Assembly (NCBI GenBank): GCA_003220475.1
Contig: QHSO01000001.1
Location: 4,346-68,345, forward strand
DNA from: Candidatus Rokuibacteriota bacterium
GTDB lineage: Bacteria; Methylomirabilota; Methylomirabilia; Rokubacteriales; CSP1-6
DNA length: 64,000 nucleotides
Direction: 5' to 3'
Part shown: positions 16,454 through 25,752 of the stretch, piece after piece
Layout: the number at the start of each line of letters is the position of its first letter
How positions within the stretch are numbered: the stretch's first letter is position 1
Notes under the pieces: model-generated
Database searches by the model: none
What the model was told of the DNA's origin: nothing
Seen by the model: only the letters and a program-made list of their open reading frames with translations
Translations under genes and position numbers: made by a program

Positions 16454-17692
16454 ATGAACGCGCCTCGCGAGATCGGCATCGACCGCGCGCGGCTCGAGCA
16501 ATCGATCGACGAGCTCGGGCGCATCGGGGCCACGCCGCGCGGCGGGCTCACGCGGCTGGCGCTGACGGACGACGACAAGCGCGGCCGCGATCTGATGGTG
16601 CGCTGGATGCGCGAGGCCGGGCTGCGCGTCACCGTCGATCAGATGGGCAACATCTTCGGCGAACGCGCAGGCCGCGAGCCGCTGCCGCCCGTCATGATGG
16701 GCTCGCACGTGGACTCCGTTCCTACCGGCGGCAAGTACGACGGCCAGCTCGGCGTGCTGTGCGGGCTCGAGACGATCCGCGCCCTCAATGCCCACGGCAT
16801 CCGGACGCGACACCCGGTGACGCTGGCGATCTTCACCAACGAGGAGGGCGCGCGCTTCCAGCCCGCGATGATCGCCAGCGGCGTGATGGCCGGCAAGATC
16901 GCGCTCGAGGACGCCTACAACGCGTGCGACAAGGACGGCATGCGCCTGGTGGACGAGCTGGAGCGCATCGGCTACCTCGGTGCCGAGCCCTGCGTGCCGC
17001 GTCCGTTTCGCGCCTATCTCGAGCTGCACATCGAGCAGGGGCCGTTGCTCGAAGAGGAAGGCCTCTCGGTCGGCGTCGTCGACGGCATCGTGGCCATCTC
17101 GTGGTCGCGCCTGACGCTGCACGGCGTGCAGGACCACGCGGGCCCGACGCCGATGCGCATCCGGCACGACGCGCTGCTGGCGGCGGCGGAGGTGATCACC
17201 GGCGCGCGCACGATCGCCACCGAGCTCGGCGGCGATCTCGTGACGACGGTCGGCAACCTCGTCGTGCATCCCAACATCGTCAACGCGATCCCCGGGCGCG
17301 TCACGCTCTCCATCGACATGCGCGACCCACGCGACGAGACGCTGGACGTCGCGCGTCGGTGTCTCGACGCGGTCGTCAAGGCGGCGTGCGAGCGTGAGGG
17401 CGTCCGCGCGGAGCTCGAGCACTACTGGCGCGTGCCGTACACGCCGTTCGCGCCGGACGTGGTCGCCGCCGTCGAGCGCGCGGCCAAGGCGGCCGGCGCG
17501 CGCTACCGCCACATCCTCTCGGGCGCCGGGCACGACGCCCAGTACATGGCGGCCATCGGTCCGACGGGGATGATTTTCGTGCCCTCGCGCGGCGGCCGCA
17601 GCCACTGCGAGGAGGAGTTCACGCCGATGGACGACATCGAGCACGGCGCGACGGCGCTCTTCCTCGCCGTCGTCGACCTCGCTGGCGGGTGA
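16454..17692 (+). CDS. M20-family Zn-dependent amidohydrolase (N-carbamoyl-L-amino-acid / allantoate amidohydrolase type)
   Basis: 412 aa with GSHVDSVPTGGKYDGQLGV and LHIEQGPLLE motifs of the AmaB/HyuC/AllC family. Confidence 0.8.
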   Translation: MNAPREIGIDRARLEQSIDELGRIGATPRGGLTRLALTDDDKRGRDLMVRWMREAGLRVTVDQMGNIFGERAGREPLPPVMMGSHVDSVPTGGKYDGQLGVLCGLETIRALNAHGIRTRHPVTLAIFTNEEGARFQPAMIASGVMAGKIALEDAYNACDKDGMRLVDELERIGYLGAEPCVPRPFRAYLELHIEQGPLLEEEGLSVGVVDGIVAISWSRLTLHGVQDHAGPTPMRIRHDALLAAAEVITGARTIATELGGDLVTTVGNLVVHPNIVNAIPGRVTLSIDMRDPRDETLDVARRCLDAVVKAACEREGVRAELEHYWRVPYTPFAPDVVAAVERAAKAAGARYRHILSGAGHDAQYMAAIGPTGMIFVPSRGGRSHCEEEFTPMDDIEHGATALFLAVVDLAGG

Positions 17693-17693
17693 A

Positions 17694-19109
17694 TCACCCT
17701 CGCAATAGCAGCAGCACTCCGAGCGCGGCGGCCACGTTGTTGAGGATGTGCGCCGCCATGTTCGGCAGCAGGCTGCCGGTGCGCTCGTACGCGATCGCCC
17801 ACAGGAGTCCGCTCAGGAACACGCTGCCGAACCCGGCCGCGCCGTAGCCGTGCGCGATCGCGAAGATCGCCGCGCTGAGGGTGGCGGCGATCGGCCACGC
17901 CAGGCGGCGCCGCAGCGTCGCGTACAGCATCCCGCGGAACACGATCTCCTCGAACACCGGCGCGAACACGACGGTGCCGAGGAGACTGGCGCCCGCGATC
18001 AGCGGCCCGCCCCACGCGAGATCCTCGTCGAACCACTCCGTCCAATGGGCCGACATGTGCGTCGCTTCGCTCAAGAAGCCCAGCGCGAGGTCGGTCGCGG
18101 TGCCCATCCCCACGAGCAGCGCGATCGTCCACGCGAGCGCGCGCCAGCCGCCGGGCGCGGGCACCCAGCCGAGTCCGCGGGCAAGCCCGACGCCGGCCGG
18201 CGCGAACAGGCGGCGTCGCGCGAGCCACAGCAGCGGCGCGTACATGAGCGGCATGCTGAGGGTGGCCAGCAGCGGATCGTTGGGGCCTCGCCAGCGGCCG
18301 ACGAAATACACGGCGACGAGCACGAGCACGCCGCCGCCCCCGCCGCGGACGAGCACCACGAGCCCCTCGCCGAGCCGCCACGGCGGCGGCACCAGGGCGC
18401 TGTCCACGCGCACGGGACGGCCGCGGAAGATGATCACGAGACCCGCAAGCCCCAGCCCGAGCACGATGAGCTCGGCGGCCGTCAGCGCGCGCACCCGTCG
18501 AAGCAGCGGCGCGGTCCGCGCGCGCGCTGATGTCACGATCGCCTCGCGCGCGGTCGAGTCGCCGGCGCGGTCGGCGAGGCGTAGGAGGAGCCGGTCGCGG
18601 AACCAGCCGGGCTCGAGCATTCGCGCGGCCGTCTCGCGCAGGCGCCCGAGCGCGCCGTCGAGCGGCGCATCGAGATAGGCCGCCGCCAGCACGTCGGCGC
18701 GCGCGCTATCGCCGCGCGCCCGCCAGCGCTCCACCGTGTCGAGGACCTCGTCGATGCGCCCGGCCTCGCCATAGAGGACCGCGAGCCGGACCTGCACGCC
18801 GGGATCGCCGGGGATGGCGTCGGAGAGCTCCTCGTACCAGGCGATCGCCTCGTCGAGCTCGTTGCGACCGTCGGTCACCGTGAGCTCGTAGAAGCGGCGC
18901 TCCCACATCGCCGCGCGCGTGAGGGCATCGTCGAGATCCATCGTGCGCTCGACGATCAGCGTCAGCGCGCGCGGCGGATCCTCGATGCTGTCGAGACGGC
19001 TGCCGGCCAGATGGACGTGCACCGCGAGCGCGACGAACGCGGCCAGCAGACAGCCGGCGACGCCGGTGACGAGCGCGCCCATCCAGCGTCGCCGTCGCGG
19101 CGTGGCCAC
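17694..19109 (-). CDS. CPBP (CAAX) family intramembrane metalloprotease with N-terminal TM plus helical-repeat extension
   Basis: EEIVFRG, FAIAHG and HILNN motifs in the C-terminal half. N-terminal 200 aa have one TM helix plus an Ala/Leu/Arg-rich domain. Confidence 0.75.
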   Translation of the reverse strand: MATPRRRRWMGALVTGVAGCLLAAFVALAVHVHLAGSRLDSIEDPPRALTLIVERTMDLDDALTRAAMWERRFYELTVTDGRNELDEAIAWYEELSDAIPGDPGVQVRLAVLYGEAGRIDEVLDTVERWRARGDSARADVLAAAYLDAPLDGALGRLRETAARMLEPGWFRDRLLLRLADRAGDSTAREAIVTSARARTAPLLRRVRALTAAELIVLGLGLAGLVIIFRGRPVRVDSALVPPPWRLGEGLVVLVRGGGGGVLVLVAVYFVGRWRGPNDPLLATLSMPLMYAPLLWLARRRLFAPAGVGLARGLGWVPAPGGWRALAWTIALLVGMGTATDLALGFLSEATHMSAHWTEWFDEDLAWGGPLIAGASLLGTVVFAPVFEEIVFRGMLYATLRRRLAWPIAATLSAAIFAIAHGYGAAGFGSVFLSGLLWAIAYERTGSLLPNMAAHILNNVAAALGVLLLLRG

Positions 19110-19145
19110 GACGACGTCGGGGAGCGGCGGCGTGGCGTCCAGACG

Positions 19146-19904
19146 CTACTCGGCCGGCGGAAGCGCGTCGCCCAGGACGTACGGCGCGGCGGCGCGCCGG
19201 CGCACGCGCAGCCGTACCATCACCGGCAGGTGATCGGAGGCGACGCGTGCGAGGCGGCTTCGATGCACGTGAAAGGCCTCGCCCTCGAGCTCGACGTCCC
19301 AATAGATCCGGTCGAGCCGGAACAGCGGGAACATGGCGGGATGGGTCCGGCGCATACGCCGCATCGGCGACTTGAACTCCAGGCGAAGCCCGCGCGTGAC
19401 GGGTCCGCGGTGCCACTCGTTGAAGTCGCCCATCACGACGCGCGGGCCGCCGCACGAGCCGGCGCGGATGAAGCCCGCCAGCAGCTCGAGCTGCGCGCGC
19501 CGCTCGCGGAAGGCGAGCCCGAAGTGGCAGTTGAAGATGTGCAGCGTCACGTCGTCGACCGCGAGATCCACGCGTAGACAGCCGCGCGGCTCGCGCAGGC
19601 CGTGGCTGAGGTCGTGGCGGACGGAGCCGAGCACCGGCAGCCGCGTGAGGATCGCGTTGCCGTACGTGCCGGCGCCGTACGGGCGCGTCTCGCCCATCAC
19701 CAGCTCCATGCCGAGCTTGCTCGCCAGGTACGCCGCCTGATCCGCCATCGGCATGATGTTGCCGTCCTGACGGATGACCTCCTGCAGCCCGATGACGTCA
19801 GGGTTCATCTCGGCGATGACCACGCCGAGACGATCGAGATCGCGGCGGCGATCGAGACCCACACCACGATGGATGTTGTAGGAGGCGATGATGATCGGCG
19901 TCAC
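19146..19904 (-). CDS. endonuclease/exonuclease/phosphatase (EEP) family protein
   Basis: V112 of track ORF. SYNIHRG...IGLQEV...GDFNEW...SDHLPV motifs. GTG overlaps the upstream stop (GTGA). Confidence 0.7.
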   Translation of the reverse strand: MTPIIIASYNIHRGVGLDRRRDLDRLGVVIAEMNPDVIGLQEVIRQDGNIMPMADQAAYLASKLGMELVMGETRPYGAGTYGNAILTRLPVLGSVRHDLSHGLREPRGCLRVDLAVDDVTLHIFNCHFGLAFRERRAQLELLAGFIRAGSCGGPRVVMGDFNEWHRGPVTRGLRLEFKSPMRRMRRTHPAMFPLFRLDRIYWDVELEGEAFHVHRSRLARVASDHLPVMVRLRVRRRAAAPYVLGDALPPAE

Positions 19905-21550
19905 GCCGCGGGCTCGCGCTCGACGTCCTCGACGTAGCGCACGAAGTGCGGATAGAGCTGGATGGGATGGTTGAGCGGCTCCGGCAACCGCACGCCGGGC
20001 GGCGCCACCACGAACGTGTGCAGCTCTTCCGGCGACGGTCCCGCGTGCGCGCCGGCTTCGGCGATGTACGACACGTGCCCGGAGGACGCATCGATGCCGT
20101 AGACGACGAGATCGCCGGCGCTGGGCATCGCCATGAGATCGGCGACGGCGGAGACGACCAGCGGCGCATCGGGGCGTGCCGCGAAGGGGCCGGGCTCGGC
20201 GAGGCTCAGACGGTAGCGTTTGCCGCGCCAGAAGCACACGGGACCGTCAGCACCACGCGTGAGGACATAGCCGACGCCCGGATGGCGCGAGAGATCCTCG
20301 GCCAGTCCGGGCCACCGCTCCTCGATCCGCTCGATGGACAGCGCCTCGGCGTGGTCGACGAAGTAGATGAACGCGTTCGGGCCGGCCGCGATGACGCGGA
20401 CGTTGTCGCGCTCGTGCGCCTCCTTCACCTCGCCGAGGATCCACGGAAAACCATCCTCGATGTAGTTGAAGAATCGCTGGAAGTACCCTGGCGCGCGGCC
20501 CATACGGAGGGCCTTGATGCCGCTGGCGAGGCGGTGGCGCCCGGCCGGACGCTCGGGACTGACGGGGCGGGCCCCGGCGGGTGTGAAGAAGTCCTCGAAG
20601 ATCACGCGCTCGAAGCGCCGCCCGCCGCTGAGCTGGCCGAAGGGCTTGGTCAGCGCCTGCCCGTGATCGGACAGGATATAAAGGTCGTACGCGTGCTCGG
20701 GCACGCGACGGCACACGCGCCAGATCTGCTTGATCGCGTCGTCGATGCGCCGCAGGCTGCGCAGCGCACGCGGATGCCGCGGCCCGTAGGCGTGCGAGAC
20801 GACGTCGTAGTCGAGATAGTTGACGTAGATCGACGGCACGCCGGCATAGACGTCACGCGCGACGGCGAGCGTGAAGAGCTCCCGCACCCAGACCGAGAGC
20901 CCGAGCTTGATGGCCAGCCACTTCCACCCGCGCGCCCACTCGCCCACCGGGTCGGCGAGCAGGCGCAGCACGGCGCGCGCGAGCTCGACGACGGTGATCA
21001 CCGTGCTCTTGAGCGCGACCCAGAGCAGCACGATGATGGCCGATAGCGCCGCGAGCAGGCCGCTGCCGCTCGGCCGCTTCATGATCGCGAACGTGAACAG
21101 GTTCTGCAGAGCGCCGCCGGTGAAAACGCAACCATAGCAGGCGCCGCCCTCGACGATGCCGCGACGACCGCTCGCCTGCGCGCGCTCCACGCGCGCGGCG
21201 TCGCCCGCGCGTGGGAAGTACACGTCCTCGCGCTGCCGCTTGTCGTGATAGTGGAAGCCGGGGATGTCCGGCCGCACGCCGTACATCGCGGCAAGCTGGA
21301 AGGAAGGCGTCGACGAAGGCAGACCGACGAACATCGGATGCACTCGCCAGCCGGCGCGCTCGATCACCCGGCGCAGGAACGGCATGCGCCTCTCCGCCAG
21401 CGCCTGCTCCAGCACGCCGCGCGAGAGTCCGTCGATCTGGACGACGAGCAGGCGGCGGCGTCCCGGGGTAGGCGCACGTCCGCGCCGGGCGCGCCGAACG
21501 AGGCGATCGACGAAACGCTGGAGGGCGAGCACCAGGTCGTCGAGAGGCAT
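19901..21550 (-). CDS. alkaline-phosphatase-superfamily type I phosphodiesterase / nucleotide pyrophosphatase family protein with internal TM segment
   Basis: LDYDVVSHAYGP and YILSDHGQ motifs. Central hydrophobic stretch. Confidence 0.65.
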   Translation of the reverse strand: MPLDDLVLALQRFVDRLVRRARRGRAPTPGRRRLLVVQIDGLSRGVLEQALAERRMPFLRRVIERAGWRVHPMFVGLPSSTPSFQLAAMYGVRPDIPGFHYHDKRQREDVYFPRAGDAARVERAQASGRRGIVEGGACYGCVFTGGALQNLFTFAIMKRPSGSGLLAALSAIIVLLWVALKSTVITVVELARAVLRLLADPVGEWARGWKWLAIKLGLSVWVRELFTLAVARDVYAGVPSIYVNYLDYDVVSHAYGPRHPRALRSLRRIDDAIKQIWRVCRRVPEHAYDLYILSDHGQALTKPFGQLSGGRRFERVIFEDFFTPAGARPVSPERPAGRHRLASGIKALRMGRAPGYFQRFFNYIEDGFPWILGEVKEAHERDNVRVIAAGPNAFIYFVDHAEALSIERIEERWPGLAEDLSRHPGVGYVLTRGADGPVCFWRGKRYRLSLAEPGPFAARPDAPLVVSAVADLMAMPSAGDLVVYGIDASSGHVSYIAEAGAHAGPSPEELHTFVVAPPGVRLPEPLNHPIQLYPHFVRYVEDVEREPAA

Positions 21551-21578
21551 CGGATTTCATTGTACTATCGCATCCGCG

Positions 21579-23702
21579 ATGGACCTCCACCCGAACGTCG
21601 TCGCCGCCGTGCGGCGGTTCGTCGAGGAGGCTGTGCGGCCCGCCGCGCCCGAGCTCGAGCACGCCGACACGTACCCGCACGCCCTGGTCGACCGGATGCG
21701 GGCCCTCGGCCTGTTCGGCGCGCTGGTGCCGCGCGAGTACGGCGGTCTCGGCCTCGACGTCACGACGTACGCCCGCGTGATCGAGGAGCTGTGCCGGGGC
21801 TGGATGTCCCTCGCCGGCGTCATCAACAGCCACACGATGGCCGCGCTGATCGTGCTGTATCACGGCACCGAGGCCCAGCGCCGCCGGCTGCTGCCGCGCT
21901 TCGCCACCGGCGAGGCGCGCGGCGGTCTGTGCCTCACCGAGCCGCACGCGGGCTCGGACGTGCAGGCGATTCGCACGCGGGCGATCCAGCGCGGCGAGAC
22001 CTACGTGATCACCGGCACGAAGATGTTCGTGACCAACGGTCGCGAGGGCAACACGTTCGCGCTGCTGGCCGTCACCGATCCCTTCGCCCAGCCGCGCCAC
22101 CGCGGCATGTCGTGCTTCATCATCGAGAAGGGCGCGCCCGGCCTCGCCGTTGTGAAGTCGATCGGCAAGCTCGGCTACAAGGGCGTCGACACCGCGGAGT
22201 TGGTTTTCGAGGACTTCCCCTGCTCGGCCGCGAATCTCGTCGGCGGCGTCGAGGGACGCGGCTTCGGCCAGGTCATGAGCGGTCTCGAGGCGGGGCGGAT
22301 CAACATCGCGGCACGCGCGGTCGGCGTCGCGCGCGCCGCGTACGAGGAAGCCGCCGCGTGCCGGGCCGGCGCGGCGCGCCTCGAGGACATGGCGGCCCGC
22401 GTGGACGCCGCGCGTCTGCTGACGTATTGGGCGGCGGGCATGAAGGATCGCGCCGAGCGCTGCGACCTCGAAGCCGGCATGGCGAAGCTCTTCGCCTCCG
22501 AAACGGCGCAGGAGGTCGCCCTCGACGCGGTCCGCCTCTGCGGAACCTCCACCGCGATGCTCATCGAGCGCTGCTATCGCGACGCGCCGCTGATGATCAT
22601 CGGCGAGGGCACCAACGAGATCCAGCGCACGATCATCGCGCGCCAGCTCGTCGAGCGGCACGGCGAGCGCGGCGGCGCGCTCGTCTCGCGCGAGGGCGAG
22701 CCCGAGGAGCGCCGGCAGATGCTGCTCGCGGTGCGCCAGGTCGTCGACAAGAGCGTGGCGCCGGTGGCCGCCGAGCACGATCGCGCCGGCGACATCCCGG
22801 ACGAGATCGTCGCCCAACTGGCCGATCTCGGCGTGTTCGCCGCGCTGGTCCCGGCCGCGCACGGCGGTCTCGGACTGGACCCCGCGACGTGGACGATGAT
22901 GATCGAGGAAGTCGCGCGCGTGTGGGCGGCGCCGGCGCTGCTGGCCGTCGAGCAGGGCGCCGTGGCGTATGGCCTCGGCCTCGCGGGTGGCGAGAGCGCA
23001 CGTCAGCTGAGCGCGCTCGCGCGCGCGGAGACGCTCGCCGCCGTCGTGCCGTTGCCCGAGGCGCTCGTCCGGTACGAGGACTCCGCGTGCGTGCTCGACG
23101 GCACCACGCCGCCCATCGCTCACGCTCGACGCGCCGGGCTCCTGGCCCTGGCGCTCGCGGACGGCAGCGCGTGGTGGCTCGTGCCCGCGTCGATGACCGG
23201 CGTCACGCTCGTGGCCGCCGCGGCCGATCTGGGGCTGCGCGGCGCCCCGCCGGCGGCGGTGGCCCTGCGCGGCGTGCGGCTGCCCGTCTCGCGTCCCTCG
23301 GTATCGGCGCCATCCCTGCTCGCCGTGATGGACCTCGGCGTCGGCGCAGTCGCGGTGGGCCTGGGCCAGGCCGCCTTCGAAGCGGCGCTGCGCTACTCGC
23401 AGCAGCGCACCACGTTCGGCAAGGCAATCTGTCAGCACCAGGCCGTGCAGCTCAAGCTCGCCGACATGGCGACGCGGCTCACCGCCGCGCGCCTGCTGGT
23501 CTGTGACACGGCCACGCTGGCGAGCGACGGTCACACGGCGGCGCGCCGCGCGCGGAGCTTCGCGGTCGACGCCGCGATCGGCGTCACGCTCGAGTCCATG
23601 CGCATCCACGGCGGCTATGGCTACACGACGGAGTTCGCCGTCGAGCGCTATTACCGCGACGCGGCCGCGCTGCTGAGCGCGCCGGCGCGCGCCACCGGCT
23701 GA
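21579..23702 (+). CDS. acyl-CoA dehydrogenase with tandem ACAD domains (second domain degenerate)
   Basis: M106 of track ORF 21264..23702. First 380 aa form a complete ACAD (GGLCLTEPHAGSD...IGEGTNEIQR). Residues 390-707 repeat the fold but are divergent. Confidence 0.8.
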   Translation: MDLHPNVVAAVRRFVEEAVRPAAPELEHADTYPHALVDRMRALGLFGALVPREYGGLGLDVTTYARVIEELCRGWMSLAGVINSHTMAALIVLYHGTEAQRRRLLPRFATGEARGGLCLTEPHAGSDVQAIRTRAIQRGETYVITGTKMFVTNGREGNTFALLAVTDPFAQPRHRGMSCFIIEKGAPGLAVVKSIGKLGYKGVDTAELVFEDFPCSAANLVGGVEGRGFGQVMSGLEAGRINIAARAVGVARAAYEEAAACRAGAARLEDMAARVDAARLLTYWAAGMKDRAERCDLEAGMAKLFASETAQEVALDAVRLCGTSTAMLIERCYRDAPLMIIGEGTNEIQRTIIARQLVERHGERGGALVSREGEPEERRQMLLAVRQVVDKSVAPVAAEHDRAGDIPDEIVAQLADLGVFAALVPAAHGGLGLDPATWTMMIEEVARVWAAPALLAVEQGAVAYGLGLAGGESARQLSALARAETLAAVVPLPEALVRYEDSACVLDGTTPPIAHARRAGLLALALADGSAWWLVPASMTGVTLVAAAADLGLRGAPPAAVALRGVRLPVSRPSVSAPSLLAVMDLGVGAVAVGLGQAAFEAALRYSQQRTTFGKAICQHQAVQLKLADMATRLTAARLLVCDTATLASDGHTAARRARSFAVDAAIGVTLESMRIHGGYGYTTEFAVERYYRDAAALLSAPARATG

Positions 23703-24190
23703 TGCCCTACGGGCGGTACTTCGAAGAGTTCAAGGTCGGCGAGGTCATCAAGCACTGGCCCGGCCGCACCATCAACGAGGCGGACTGCACATGGTTCGCG
23801 CTGCTGACGATGAATCAGCATCCGATCCACAACGACGCGCACTATGCGGCAACGCAGACCCAGCACGGCCAGCGGCTCGTGCTCGGCCCGCTCGTGTTCT
23901 CGATCGGCATCGGCATGACCGTGGCCGACGTCTCCGGGAAGGCCATCGCCAACCTCGAGATCGAGAAGATCATCCACGAGGCGCCGACCTTCATCGGCGA
24001 CACACTCTATTCCGAGTCCACCGTGCTCGCCACGCGCGACTCCTCACGCGGCGACCGCGGGACGGTCACCGTCGAGACGCGCGTGCGCAATCAGCGCGGC
24101 GAGCGCGTGATGACGTTCACGCGGACGGCGCTCATCCCCAAGCGCAATCACGCCACCCTGGGAGAGCAAGCGCAGCCGGGACCATCGTGA
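23702..24190 (+). CDS. MaoC-like (R)-specific enoyl-CoA hydratase
   Basis: MNQHPIHNDAHYAATQTQHGQRLVLG motif. TGATG overlap with the ACAD gene. Confidence 0.8.
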   Translation: MPYGRYFEEFKVGEVIKHWPGRTINEADCTWFALLTMNQHPIHNDAHYAATQTQHGQRLVLGPLVFSIGIGMTVADVSGKAIANLEIEKIIHEAPTFIGDTLYSESTVLATRDSSRGDRGTVTVETRVRNQRGERVMTFTRTALIPKRNHATLGEQAQPGPS

Positions 24191-25386
24191 ACAGGCCACC
24201 TCCGTTACAGAATCTGCGCATCCTCGCCGTCTCGCAGTTCGGTGCCGGCCCGTTCGGCACCCAGTTCCTGGCCGACCTCGGCGCGGAGATCATCAAGATC
24301 GAGGATCCCGCCGTCGGCGGCGACGTCGCTCGCCACGTCGGTCCCTACGCCGCCGACGGCGATTCGCTCTATTTCCAGTCGTTCAACCGCGGCACGAGGT
24401 CGATCACGCTCGACCTCAAGCATCCGCAAGGTTTCGCGGTGCTGCGCGACCTCGCCCGCGTCTCGCACGCCGTGTACAACAACCTGCGCGGCGACCTGCC
24501 CGAGACGCTCGGCCTCACGTACGCGGCGCTCAAGGACGCCAACCCCGCGCTGGTGTGCTGCTCGCTCTCGGGCTACGGCCGGACCGGACCACGCGCGGCG
24601 GAGCCGGCCTTCGACTACCTGATCCAGGGCTACGCCGGCTGGATGTCGGTGACCGGCGAGCCCGACGGGCCGCCGGGCAAGTGCGGCGTCTCGGTCGTGG
24701 ACTTCGCGGCCGGCTACGCGTCCATGGCGGCGATGCTCGCGGGACTCTGGGACGCGCAGCGCACCGGCGTGGGGCGCGACATCGAGCTGTCGCTGCTCGA
24801 CACGGCGGTCAGCATGCTCTCCTACTATGCGATCTGGGCGCTGAACCGCGACTGGGAGCCCGCGCGCGTCGAGGACTCCGGGCATCAATCGCTCGTGCCC
24901 GCCCAGAACTTTCCCACCCGCGACGGCTGGATCGTCGTCTTCTGCAACAAGGAGAAGTTCTGGACGAGCCTGATCGAGGCGATGGAGCTGCCGGAGGTCG
25001 CGCGCGATCCGCGCTTCGCGACGTTTGCCGACCGATCGGTGCACAAGGCGGCGCTCGTGCCGATCCTCGGCGCCCGCTTCGCCGAGCGGCCGACGGCGGA
25101 ATGGCTCGCGCGCCTGCGCGGCCGAGTGCCGTGCGCGCCGGTGAACACGATCGCGCAGGCCCTCGCCGACGAGCAGGTCGCCGCGCGCGACATGATCGTG
25201 GAGGTCAAGCACCCGCGCTTCGGCGTGCTGCGCGAAGTCGGCACGCCGGTGAAGACCGAGGGCGCCGTGGCGAATCTGAGCCCGGCACCCGCGCTGGGAC
25301 AGCACACCGACGAGATCCTCGGCGCGCTGTTGCACTACGACGCCGGCCGCATCGCCGCCCTGCGTGCATCGGGCGCGTTGGGCTGA
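24187..25386 (+). CDS. family III CoA-transferase (CaiB/BaiF)
   Basis: V133 (GTG) of track ORF 23791..25386. RILAVSQFGAGPFGTQFLADLGAEIIKIE N-terminal signature. Confidence 0.85.
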   Translation: MNRPPPLQNLRILAVSQFGAGPFGTQFLADLGAEIIKIEDPAVGGDVARHVGPYAADGDSLYFQSFNRGTRSITLDLKHPQGFAVLRDLARVSHAVYNNLRGDLPETLGLTYAALKDANPALVCCSLSGYGRTGPRAAEPAFDYLIQGYAGWMSVTGEPDGPPGKCGVSVVDFAAGYASMAAMLAGLWDAQRTGVGRDIELSLLDTAVSMLSYYAIWALNRDWEPARVEDSGHQSLVPAQNFPTRDGWIVVFCNKEKFWTSLIEAMELPEVARDPRFATFADRSVHKAALVPILGARFAERPTAEWLARLRGRVPCAPVNTIAQALADEQVAARDMIVEVKHPRFGVLREVGTPVKTEGAVANLSPAPALGQHTDEILGALLHYDAGRIAALRASGALG

Positions 25387-25406
25387 GACGTTCGCCGCCC
25401 CGGCCT

Positions 25407-25421
25407 GCCGGCTGCGCCGGC
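25407..25421 (+). terminator. weak candidate terminator hairpin after the CoA-transferase operon
   Basis: GCCGGC-TGC-GCCGGC stem-loop. The T-tract is poor (TTGCCCGCTCACTTAAACTT). Confidence 0.2.
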
Positions 25422-25446
25422 TTGCCCGCTCACTTAAACTTCCCGT

Positions 25447-25734
25447 ATGCCGGAGCGGACGCTTACGGCGCCCGAAGTCGAGGACGCCACCGACGCGGAG
25501 GTGGCTCCGCCGTGGATGACGATCCTGCACAACTGCGACTGTCACACCTTCGAGCAGGTCGTGAAACAGTTACAGAAGGCGATCGCCTGCAGCGAGAGCG
25601 AGGGCTGGGAGATCGCCTGGCAAGTGCACAACACCGGCAAGGCGGTCGTGAAGATCGGGCCCGAGAAGGAGTGCGTGCGCGTCGGCAACATCCTGGCCGC
25701 GATCGGCCTCGTCGTGACCGTCGTCCAGTCCTGA
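25447..25734 (+). CDS. clpS: ATP-dependent Clp protease adaptor ClpS-like protein
   Basis: 95 aa. WMTILHNCDCHTFEQVVKQLQKAIACSESEGWEIAWQVHNTGKAVV fits the ClpS core. Distinctly lower GC than its neighbours. Confidence 0.65.
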   Translation: MPERTLTAPEVEDATDAEVAPPWMTILHNCDCHTFEQVVKQLQKAIACSESEGWEIAWQVHNTGKAVVKIGPEKECVRVGNILAAIGLVVTVVQS

Positions 25735-25752
25735 GCGTTTCGCGCTCGGCCG

